Origin: an uncultured Chloroflexia bacterium
GTDB lineage: Bacteria > Chloroflexota > Limnocylindria > Limnocylindrales > CSP1-4
Assembly: GCA_963763775.1 (NCBI GenBank)
Contig: CAVXPZ010000002.1
Location: forward strand, 74,275-138,274
Length of the DNA stretch: 64,000 nucleotides
Direction of reading: 5' to 3'
Shown: one piece after another, positions 42,215 through 50,352 of the stretch
Position numbering within the stretch: the stretch's first letter is position 1
How the letters are laid out: each line of letters begins with the position of its first letter
Program-made: the position numbers and the translations under genes
The notes under the pieces: generated by a model
Told to the model about the DNA's origin: nothing
The model's database searches: none
What the model saw: only the letters and a program-made list of their open reading frames with translations

Positions 42215-42802
42215 ATGCCGACCCCCATCGACGCCGACGTCGTCGTCCGGACCATCGCCGGTCCGTGGGGGCCGCTCCATGTCGCGGCGTCGGTCCGGGG
42301 CATCGTCGCGGCCGAGTCCGCGGTGACGGACGAGGCCTTCCGGTCCGGCCTGCGGCGCCGACTCGGCGACCCCGGGGCGACCCGGTCGACCGCCGTCGCC
42401 CCCGACGACCTGCGGCTCGCCCTGCTCGATCGTGCGGAGACCGCGATCGGCGAGCTCCTGGCGGGCGGACCACCGCACGACGACGTCCCGGTGGACCTCG
42501 CGGACCGTCCGGTCTGGGATCAGCGAGTGTTGGCGGCCGTCCGGGCGGTGCCGTGGGGACGGACCGCGAGCTACGGCGAGATCGCCCGGCGGATCGGCGC
42601 GCCGCGGGCGGCCCGCGCGGTCGGCGGGGCGCTGGGCCGGAACCCGGTCACGCTCCTGATCCCGTGCCACCGGGTGATCGCCGCCGACGGCACCATCGGC
42701 GGGTACGGCGGCGACGGGTGGGGTGGGCGCGAGGCTGCCCTCGAGCGAAAGCGATCGCTGCTCGCGCGCGAGGGCGTCACGGTGGCCCAGCCGGACGGCT
42801 AG
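42215..42802 (+). CDS. ogt: Methylated-DNA--protein-cysteine S-methyltransferase
   Basis: [30 protein letters not shown]. Confidence 0.93.
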   Translation: MPTPIDADVVVRTIAGPWGPLHVAASVRGIVAAESAVTDEAFRSGLRRRLGDPGATRSTAVAPDDLRLALLDRAETAIGELLAGGPPHDDVPVDLADRPVWDQRVLAAVRAVPWGRTASYGEIARRIGAPRAARAVGGALGRNPVTLLIPCHRVIAADGTIGGYGGDGWGGREAALERKRSLLAREGVTVAQPDG

Positions 42803-42846
42803 ACTCCGCGCCACGTCGGCCGGGACGCCGACCTCGCGGAGGACCC

Positions 42847-44655
42847 ATGGCGATCGCGGCGGCCCCAGCCCCCTCCATGTTCGCGGTCTTCCGCCGGCGC
42901 GACTTCTCGCTGCTGTGGATGGCGCAGCTCATCTCGACCGCCGGGTCGGCGCTGACCGACCTCGCCGCGGGCATCTGGGTCTACCGGGAGACCGGGTCCG
43001 CGCTCGCGGTCGGACTCACGCTCATGGCGACGGCGATCCCGAGCCTCATCGTGGGTCTGCTGGCCGGGGTGTACGTCGACCGCCACGACCGCAAGCGGAT
43101 CATGATCATCACCTGCCTCGTCCAGGCGGTCGTGGTCGCCTGCATCGCGTTCGTCGTGCAGGCCGACATCATCGTCGGCCTGTATGCGCTGCTGCTCCTG
43201 AACGCAGGCGTGAAGCAGTTCTTCGACCCGGCGCACGACAGCCTGATCCCGGAGCTCGCGAGCGACGAGGAGCTGGCCTCGGCGAACGCGTTCCTGTCGA
43301 TCGCCTCGTTCGGCTCCACCGCGATCGGGTTCGCCGGCGCCGGGCTGCTGGCCAGCACGATCGGGCTCACGTGGGCCTTCATCATCGATGCCGCCTCGTT
43401 CGTGGTCGGCGCGGTCCTGATCGGGCTCATGGGCCACTACACCATGCCGCCGCCCGAGGAGGACGCGACGGTCGCGGTGATCATGGAGAACCTGCGCTCC
43501 GGGCTCTCGACGCTGTTCGGGACGCCGATCATCCGCTCGCTGTTCATCGTCGGCGCGTTCATGTTCGTCGCGTTCGGCCTCTGGAACGTGCTCCTGCTCC
43601 CGTTCTCGATCACCGTGCTCGGCGCGACCGAGTTCGAGTACGGCCTGCAGGAGGGCCTCACGTCCGTCGGGTTCGTGATCGGCTCGCTGCTGATGGCCCG
43701 ATTCGCGAACCGGCTGCCGGAACCGGCGTGGATCGTCGTCTCGCTGGTCGGCATGGGCCTCGCCGGCCTGCTGTACGCCACCGCGACCAGCGTGCCGTTC
43801 GCCATCCTCGTGGTGACCATCAGCGGGCTGCTCCAGCCGCCGTCCTCGGTGTCGCGAGCGGTCCTGCTCCAGCGGAACACCCCGCGCGAGATGCGCGGTC
43901 GCGTGTTCTCCGCGTTCTACGTCATGCGCGACGTCATCTTCCTCATCGGCATGGCCGGCGCGGGGCTCGCGGACATCATCGACATCCGGGTGCTCATCGT
44001 GGTCGCCTCGTGCCTGCTGTTCGTGTCCGCCGGGTTCACGCTGGTCGCCCCGGGGCTCGGTATCCGCACCTGGGGCGCCGCCGCCGCGCGGCTTCGCGCC
44101 GCAGCTGCGGCGCCGGGCATCGCGGGGGCACCGAGGCGCGTCGCGACCATGGCGGACTTCGACCGGCTCGCCGGCCGGACCAGCGCGTTCGCGAACCTGT
44201 CGCCGACGCAGCGCGAGGCGTTCATCGCCGACGCCAGCGTCCACGACATCGAGGCCGGCACGCGAGTCCTCGAGCATGGCGACGCGGCGACGAGCGCCTA
44301 TTTCATCCTCGAAGGGTCGACGACGGCCGGCGTCCCCACCGAGGGCGGTTACCGCGGACTCTCGACGATGGCCGCCGGCGACTTCTTCGGGGAGATCGCG
44401 GCGCTGACCGGCAGCGTGCGGACGGCCGACGTCGTGGCGGACACGAACGCCGTCCTGCTCGAGGTGCCGGCCGAGGCGCTTCGCGGGGCGATGGCGGTCC
44501 CGGAGGTCGACCGTCTGGTGATGTCGACCCTGAACAGCCGGATCCAGCGGACCGAGAACGCCGACCTGCCGAGGCTCGCGGGCGTCGACCAGGCATCACT
44601 CAAGGACCTGCGGACGTCGCACGTCGAGGCCGACGCCGAGGCCGCCGCGTCCTGA
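42847..44655 (+). CDS. MFS transporter (DHA3-like) fused to a C-terminal cyclic-nucleotide-binding domain
   Basis: RDFSLLWMAQLIS, GVYVDRHDRK, LLQRNTPREMRGRVFS; then AYFILEG..GDFFGEIAAL..VRTADV. Confidence 0.9.
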   Translation: MAIAAAPAPSMFAVFRRRDFSLLWMAQLISTAGSALTDLAAGIWVYRETGSALAVGLTLMATAIPSLIVGLLAGVYVDRHDRKRIMIITCLVQAVVVACIAFVVQADIIVGLYALLLLNAGVKQFFDPAHDSLIPELASDEELASANAFLSIASFGSTAIGFAGAGLLASTIGLTWAFIIDAASFVVGAVLIGLMGHYTMPPPEEDATVAVIMENLRSGLSTLFGTPIIRSLFIVGAFMFVAFGLWNVLLLPFSITVLGATEFEYGLQEGLTSVGFVIGSLLMARFANRLPEPAWIVVSLVGMGLAGLLYATATSVPFAILVVTISGLLQPPSSVSRAVLLQRNTPREMRGRVFSAFYVMRDVIFLIGMAGAGLADIIDIRVLIVVASCLLFVSAGFTLVAPGLGIRTWGAAAARLRAAAAAPGIAGAPRRVATMADFDRLAGRTSAFANLSPTQREAFIADASVHDIEAGTRVLEHGDAATSAYFILEGSTTAGVPTEGGYRGLSTMAAGDFFGEIAALTGSVRTADVVADTNAVLLEVPAEALRGAMAVPEVDRLVMSTLNSRIQRTENADLPRLAGVDQASLKDLRTSHVEADAEAAAS

Positions 44656-44668
44656 CCCACGCTCGGGC

Positions 44669-44734
44669 TGTCGGGCAGCTGACAGCGGCAGGGTCGCAGG
44701 TGGACTTCACCGAGCCCCGACCGTGGCCTAAGGT
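44669..44734 (+). promoter_or_regulatory. Candidate promoter of the 67-aa peptide with upstream Crp-family-like palindrome
   Basis: TTCACC-17 bp-TAAGGT (44706-44734); TGTCG-N6-TGACA at 44669-44684. Confidence 0.4.
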
Positions 44735-44767
44735 TCGGTCATCCAGGAAGGACGAAGGAGGCGCGAG

Positions 44768-44971
44768 ATGCAGAAGAAGATCCAGCTCCCGAAGGAAGCC
44801 GGCGTCGGACCCGAGGATGCGACCAAGCGGCACACCGCGCTCGACGAGGACGATGTCGAGGGCCACCGCGTCGCCACGAAGAACCCCGAGCCCTTCTCCC
44901 CGCACCTCCCCTCGACGGGCGGCGAGCTGACGGACGACGCCCCCGGCAGCGAGGACCTCGCCAAGCGCTAG
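44768..44971 (+). CDS. Small acidic peptide (67 aa) with repeated G[PS]EDxxKR and a DDVEGH motif
   Basis: AAGGAGG at 44755-44761, genome-like codon usage, followed by a terminator hairpin. Confidence 0.78.
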   Translation: MQKKIQLPKEAGVGPEDATKRHTALDEDDVEGHRVATKNPEPFSPHLPSTGGELTDDAPGSEDLAKR

Positions 44972-44994
44972 GTTCGCGCATCGAGCGCCGATCG

Positions 44995-45030
44995 GAGACC
45001 GTCCCGTCCGACTGGACCGGACGGTCTCTT
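44995..45030. terminator. Hairpin between the peptide gene and the convergent subtilase gene
   Basis: GAGACCGTCC...GGACGGTCTC-TT, 10-bp stem. Confidence 0.65.
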
Positions 45031-45866
45031 CACGTCCGGGTCTCGCCGGGGTCGTTCGCCGTCGCGGCGAGGAGGCTCTTGATCTCGAACGGGCTCGCGT
45101 CCGGATACCGGCTGCAGAGGCGCGCCGCCTGGCCCGCGAGATGCGGGGCCGCGAACGAGTTCCCGGTGACGCGGATCCGGGTCCCGCCGAGCCAGGCCAC
45201 GTCCACATCGACGCCGTGCGCCCCGAACTCGACCGGCGGCGCGGGGTTGTAGAACCAGATCGACGGGTCGCCGAGGTCGTGGGCGGCCGTCGAGATGACC
45301 GTCGCGAAGAGCGAGGGGTACGACGGCCCCAGGACGTTGTTCGCGGCACTCACGAAGAGGGTGTTCGCGAAGTAGGCGCGGTCCGCCGTCTCGTGGAAGA
45401 GTCCGTGCAGGGCCTCGCTCCGCGACGACAGGCTCAGGTTCACGACCCGGATGCCCTCGTCGATCGCCCAGTCGAGGGCGGTCAGGAACGCGAGCCCCTT
45501 GCCGCGGTTGTCCGGTCCGAGGACCCGCACCGACACGAGCGACGCCGCCGGCGCGATGGCGTGGATGATCCCGGCGCACGCCGTGCCGTGGCCGACGACG
45601 TCGACGCCGGCGGGGTCGTCGGCGATCGTGGCGTCCTCGCCGTCGATCTCGACGCGGACACTCCGAACGAGCCGGCCGCCGACCGCCGGGTGGTCGCGCT
45701 CCACCCCTGAATCGATGATGGCGACCGTGACACCGTCACCGTCGCTCTCGCCGAAGACCGCATCACGCTCCAGGCGGCCGAACGGCCGCTCGCGGGTCAG
45801 GGTGGACCGGCGACCGGCCGCGAACGGCTCGCTCCAGGCTGGGAGCGGCAGGTCCGCCTCGGTCAC
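45030..45866 (-). CDS. S8 subtilisin-like serine peptidase, catalytic domain only
   Basis: IIDSG (Asp), DVVGHGTACAG (His), AANN, GNSFAAPH (Ser); no visible signal peptide or prodomain. Confidence 0.92.
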   Translation of the reverse strand: MTEADLPLPAWSEPFAAGRRSTLTRERPFGRLERDAVFGESDGDGVTVAIIDSGVERDHPAVGGRLVRSVRVEIDGEDATIADDPAGVDVVGHGTACAGIIHAIAPAASLVSVRVLGPDNRGKGLAFLTALDWAIDEGIRVVNLSLSSRSEALHGLFHETADRAYFANTLFVSAANNVLGPSYPSLFATVISTAAHDLGDPSIWFYNPAPPVEFGAHGVDVDVAWLGGTRIRVTGNSFAAPHLAGQAARLCSRYPDASPFEIKSLLAATANDPGETRT

Positions 45867-46681
45867 GACCGCGACGGCCGATGCGGACCGCGGCGGGCGT
45901 TGCGCCGCAGGACCGCGTCGAGGATGTCGACGACGAGGTCGGCGTCGTCCGCATCGATCGCCCGCAGCCGCGCGAGCCGGTCCGCGATCCGCCAGACCGG
46001 CGCGTCCTCGGTGGCCTCGCCGGTGAACGCGGCACCGACCAATGCCTCGATCGCGGCGTCGTCGAGCGCGCCGGGCGCGGCCGCCGCGACCGAGATCAGC
46101 GCGTCGCGGAGGAGATGCGCCCCGTGCCGCTCGAGGCGCGTCGCCTGGATCGCGACACTCGCCTGTCGGGCGAACACCGTCGCGAGCTCGATGTCGCGCA
46201 GGCCGAAGGTCGTCCCGTCGAGTCGGTCGAGGATCTCGAGGACGCCGATGACGTCCGCATCGGCGACGAGCGGCACCGCCAGCAGCGACCGCGGGACGTA
46301 GCCGGTCCGTTCCGCGGCGTCACGGCCGAACCGCGGATCGGCGGCCACGTCGCCGATCACCAGCGGAGAGCCGGTCGCGAACACATATCCGGCGACGCCC
46401 TCGCCGGGCTCGATGCTGAGGCCGATGACGCCCTCGCCTCGGGCGCCGGCCGCGACGCGAAAGACGAGTCGGTCCGTCGAGGGATCGTGGAGGGCCAGCG
46501 ACGCCGCCTCGGACCCGAACATCGCGACCGTGGCCTCGACGATGCTCCGCAGCACGGCCTCGCCACCGGGCGGCTCGAGCCGGCTCGCCGCATCGAGTCG
46601 GCGGGCGACGGCCGTCAGTGCCCCGAGGGCCGCCGCCAGGTCGGCGGAGGAGCCCGCGCCCGGGTCTCGGGGCTCGCTCAC
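45863..46681 (-). CDS. Stand-alone GAF domain protein with C-terminal helical extension
   Basis: GEGVAGYVF..G, DPRF, TGYVPRSLLAVPL, IGVLEILDR..F..RDIE; GTG overlaps crp stop. Confidence 0.88.
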   Translation of the reverse strand: MSEPRDPGAGSSADLAAALGALTAVARRLDAASRLEPPGGEAVLRSIVEATVAMFGSEAASLALHDPSTDRLVFRVAAGARGEGVIGLSIEPGEGVAGYVFATGSPLVIGDVAADPRFGRDAAERTGYVPRSLLAVPLVADADVIGVLEILDRLDGTTFGLRDIELATVFARQASVAIQATRLERHGAHLLRDALISVAAAAPGALDDAAIEALVGAAFTGEATEDAPVWRIADRLARLRAIDADDADLVVDILDAVLRRNARRGPHRPSRS

Positions 46682-47395
46682 CGACGCACCGCATCCGCCA
46701 GGCGTCCGGGGTCCGGGACCACCAGCACGTCCCCGTCGAAACGCAGCACGTCGTCGGCGACCAGCTCGGCCAGCAGCCGGTTGACCGACTGGCGTGACCC
46801 GCCGATCATCCCCGCGAGCTCGGCCTGGGTATACGGCCACGGCGAGCTGCGCCCCACCGGCCGGCCACCCGTCGTCGCCATCGCCGCCGATCGACCGGAG
46901 GATGTGCTTGGCGAGGCGCCCCGACAGGTCGAGGAAGTGCAGGTCTTCGACCTGGGCGGTCAGCCGACGGACCTCGGTCGCGAGCGAAGCGAGCAGCGCC
47001 CGGCGCATCCCCGACTCCTGGTCGAGCAGCCGGTCGAACGCCTCGCGACGCAGGATGAGGACGATGGTCTCCTCGAGCGACTCGACCGTCGCCGATCGTG
47101 GCGCGCCGTCCAGCAGCGACAGCTCCCCGAAGAAGCCGCCCGGACCGATGGTCGCGAGGATGGCGGGCTCGGCGCCGTCGTCGGACGGGAGGACGACCTT
47201 GACCGAGCCGCTGACGACGACGAAGAGGGCGTCCGCCGGATCGCCGACGTGGAAGATGACCTCACCGCGGCGCGACCTTCGCTGTCGCATGGCGTCGACG
47301 CAGAGGTCGACGGAGCGTTCGTCGAGGTCCGCGAACAGCCGGCAGGCGCGCAGCGCGTCGTGGCCGATCGAGCGGTCGAATGCCGTGAGCACCAT
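46678..47395 (-). CDS. Crp/Fnr family transcriptional regulator; frameshift near 46850
   Basis: FFGELSLLDGAPRSATV cNMP cassette, RLAK, then TQAELAGMIGGSRQSVNRLL HTH in a second frame. Confidence 0.9.
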
Positions 47396-47422
47396 GCACG
47401 CCATCGTACGGCGTGCGGACCG

Positions 47423-48103
47423 CTACGGGCGCGGCACCGGGCGCATCGGGTAGACGCCGATCACGACGGGCGTCCGGGGGTCGAGCGAGAGCTCGTAGCC
47501 GACCTCGCCGGCGCGGACCAGCTCGCCGAGCAACTGCCCCTCGCGGGCCGGCAGCCCGACGAAGATGCGCCCGGGATCGAGGTCGATCGGGCTGACGTCG
47601 TCGTCGCCGGTGTCGATCGCGAACCGACGCCGCAGCTCGTGCATCGGCACGTAGGGACGGCTCTTGATGAAGCGGCGCAGCTGCGGGGCGGTGCACGCCG
47701 TGCCGCGGTCCCCGCCGTTCATCGGCCGATCCTGAGGGCCGGAGGGCGGCCCGTGGCCCGGCGCGGGCATCGGGCCGGACGGACGCGAGGGCGGCACGAC
47801 CGAGGGAGCCGGTCGCTCGATGGGCGGGGCGTTCCCCGGCGCGGCGTTCCCGCCGGCGGGGGCGGGGGCGGCGCTCGGCGGGAGCGAGGCCGGCGTCGGG
47901 AGCGCGGGCTGCGCCGCGGACGCGGTCGGCGCAGCAGGCGCGGTCGGCGCGGATGGGGCCCCCGACGGCAGCGCGGGCTTCTCCGCCGGGATCGCGGGCA
48001 GCTCGGCAGCCTGGACGGCGCGAGGCTCGCCCGGCTGGCCCGGACGTGGTCCGGGCTGGCGGGCGCGCTCGTGGTGGTGCGCGCGACCGCGGCGCCGGCT
48101 CAT
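47423..48103 (-). CDS. Hypothetical protein: Pro/Ala-rich N-terminus, ~90-aa globular C-terminal domain
   Basis: Low-complexity first ~130 aa, then QLRRFIKSRPYVPMHELRRRF...GELVRAGEVGYEL; start uncertain. Confidence 0.65.
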   Translation of the reverse strand: MSRRRGRAHHHERARQPGPRPGQPGEPRAVQAAELPAIPAEKPALPSGAPSAPTAPAAPTASAAQPALPTPASLPPSAAPAPAGGNAAPGNAPPIERPAPSVVPPSRPSGPMPAPGHGPPSGPQDRPMNGGDRGTACTAPQLRRFIKSRPYVPMHELRRRFAIDTGDDDVSPIDLDPGRIFVGLPAREGQLLGELVRAGEVGYELSLDPRTPVVIGVYPMRPVPRP

Positions 48104-48253
48104 CGGTCGGTCGACCCGGGCTGGACGGCTCGGATCGGTGCGGCGCCGCTGTGGCAGCGCTGGAAGGTCAGGTTCATCAGGTCTCGGAGGAGGGCGGCTC
48201 GATCAGGCAGGGCCGTCGCCCGATGATACCGCACGCTCCGATGGGCGCCGGGC

Positions 48254-49411
48254 TCAGCCGTCGACGACGTACAGCTCCCGAGCGGCCTCGTTGAGCACGA
48301 CCGGCCCGTCCGGGCCACACGCGACGATGTCCTCGATCCGCGCCCCGTACTCGCCGACGAGGTAGATCCCGGGCTCCACGGAGAACGTCATGCCCTCGCG
48401 GAGCGCCAGCGCATTGCCCGCGACCAGGTAGGGGTCCTCGTGGCCGTCGAGGCCGATCCCGTGGCCCGTCCGATGGAAGAACGCCTCGCCGTAGCCCGCG
48501 GCGTCGATCGGCCGGCGAGCCGCCGCGTCGATGTCCTCGCACGCCTCGCCGGGCCGGACCGCGGCGGTGGCCGCCGCCTGGGCGGCGTACAGCACGCCGA
48601 AGAGCTGCTGGAACCCGTCGTCGGGCCCCTTGGCCGGGTCGCCGCCGGTCACCCACAGGGTCCTCGTGATGTCCGATCCGTACCCGCCGAGCACGCCGCC
48701 GATGTCGAGCACGATGGGCTCGCCCGCGCCGATGACGCGGTCCGACGCCTCGTGGTGCGGCGACGCCGAGTTCGGTCCGGAGGCGACGATCGCGAACAGC
48801 CCGACGTCGTGACCCTCCTCGATGAGGCGTGCCGTGACCTCGCTGGCGACGTCCGCCTCGGTCCGCCCGATCAGCCGGCCCGCGGCGATGCTCGCGACGA
48901 CCCGGTCGGCGGCGTGGGCAGCGAGCGTCAGCAGGGCGATCTCGTCCGTGTCCTTGATCATCCGCAGGTCGCGCAGCACCGAGGACGCGAGCCGGAACGC
49001 CCCGTCGGGGAGTTCGCCCTGGAGTCGCAGCAGGTGCATGGCGATGAGCGTGTCCGAGACCGCGAATCGGCTCGCGTGGGGCCGGCGTGCCCGGACGTGG
49101 CCGGCGACGAGGGCGTAGGCATCCTCGGTCTCACCCCAGGTGAGGATGTCGACGTCCGTCCGGAGACCGCGCTCCGCCGCGCCACGCTCCAGTCGCGGGA
49201 CGACGATCACCGGTTCGTGCCCCGGCACCACGACGAGCATCGTCAGGCGCTCGAGCGGCATCGCCTCGTAGCCGGTGAGGTAGCGGAGATCAGATCCGAC
49301 GCCGATGAGGAGCGCGTCGAGCCCGGCGGCGGCGGCCGCCTCGCCGGCCGCCGCGAGGCGTGCCGCGTAGCGAGTGCCGGGGATCGTCGGACGAGCCATG
49401 TCGATGGTCAT
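48254..49411 (-). CDS. Xaa-Pro peptidase (M24B family)
   Basis: DLRYLTG, RMIKD, PHH, DIG..SDITRT, HRTGHGIGLDGHE, EPGIY, RIED. Confidence 0.93.
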   Translation of the reverse strand: MTIDMARPTIPGTRYAARLAAAGEAAAAAGLDALLIGVGSDLRYLTGYEAMPLERLTMLVVVPGHEPVIVVPRLERGAAERGLRTDVDILTWGETEDAYALVAGHVRARRPHASRFAVSDTLIAMHLLRLQGELPDGAFRLASSVLRDLRMIKDTDEIALLTLAAHAADRVVASIAAGRLIGRTEADVASEVTARLIEEGHDVGLFAIVASGPNSASPHHEASDRVIGAGEPIVLDIGGVLGGYGSDITRTLWVTGGDPAKGPDDGFQQLFGVLYAAQAAATAAVRPGEACEDIDAAARRPIDAAGYGEAFFHRTGHGIGLDGHEDPYLVAGNALALREGMTFSVEPGIYLVGEYGARIEDIVACGPDGPVVLNEAARELYVVDG

Positions 49412-49836
49412 CGGGCCGTCGCGCCGGTCGGCGTCATCCATGCGGCCAGCTTGCCGGGGCCGTCCTCGAACAGGACGCGGTACGCGTAGACGCGGTCGGC
49501 CCCGGCCGCGATCGCGCGATCCCGGAGCTCGCGGTCGTCGTGTTGGCCGACCGCGAGGACGCGGACGCCCACCCGGGCGGCCAGCTCGATCGCGGCGATG
49601 CCGTCGTACGCCCGCGCGGTCAGGTCGACGACCGCGAACGCGACGCCTGCGAGGGCGGCTTCGAACCGCTGGAGCGAGGTGACCGTCGACGGGGCCGCAC
49701 CGGCGGCGCGCGCCGCCCGGGCGAGCCGGTCGGCCCAGATGAGGTCGTCGGCGAGGATCAGGACGATCGGCGCTTCCGTCGGCAGGTCGGTGGCCACGTC
49801 CGCGGGGGCGTCGGCGGGCGCGGGCACCTCGGTCAC
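49408..49836 (-). CDS. Small receiver-like (CheY-fold) protein
   Basis: ILADDL, AVVDL, AAGAD pattern; conserved Lys not evident. Confidence 0.6.
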   Translation of the reverse strand: MTEVPAPADAPADVATDLPTEAPIVLILADDLIWADRLARAARAAGAAPSTVTSLQRFEAALAGVAFAVVDLTARAYDGIAAIELAARVGVRVLAVGQHDDRELRDRAIAAGADRVYAYRVLFEDGPGKLAAWMTPTGATAR

Positions 49837-50333
49837 GCGAAGCGCTCGGCCAGGTGGTGGAAGACGTCGCGCGCGGTCACGACACCGGTGGGACGACCGT
49901 CCTCGACGATCGGGATGTGCCGGAATCCCCCGACGGCCATCTTGTGGATCGCGATGGCGATCGGGTCGTCGTGGCGGAGGACGACCGGGTCCGGCGTCAT
50001 GAAGTCGCGCACGTGGAAGGCCTCGAGCCGCTTCCCGGCGGCCTTCACGACCGCGTCACGATCCGTGAAGATGCCGACGAGTCGGTCGCCGGCCATCACG
50101 AGCACGCAATCGACGGCGGACTGGTTCATCAGCGAGATCGCCACGTCGACCGGGGTGTCGGGGCCGACGGTGACCGGCGGCGGCGCGCCGAGGTCGTCGA
50201 GATGCTCGCCAAGGAGGCGACCATGGAACGACGAGAGCGCCTGGGGGACATCCGCGCCGGCGAGGTCCGCGCCGCAGTTGTCGCAGACCTCGGCCCCCAT
50301 CAGGTTGTAGTGGCCACAGACCGGGCAGTCCAT
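49833..50333 (-). CDS. Zinc-ribbon plus CBS-pair protein
   Basis: CPVC..CDNC, then LVGIFTDRD, MTPDP, GGFRHIPIV..GVVTARD. Confidence 0.85.
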   Translation of the reverse strand: MDCPVCGHYNLMGAEVCDNCGADLAGADVPQALSSFHGRLLGEHLDDLGAPPPVTVGPDTPVDVAISLMNQSAVDCVLVMAGDRLVGIFTDRDAVVKAAGKRLEAFHVRDFMTPDPVVLRHDDPIAIAIHKMAVGGFRHIPIVEDGRPTGVVTARDVFHHLAERFA

Positions 50334-50352
50334 CTCGCCTTCCCTCCCCCTC

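Noticed and set aside
45863-47404. Apparent cNMP-GAF fusion protein (513 aa)
   Set aside because: The Crp HTH continues in another frame to TGA at 46678, which overlaps a GTG start for the GAF gene; the fusion is a frameshift artefact.
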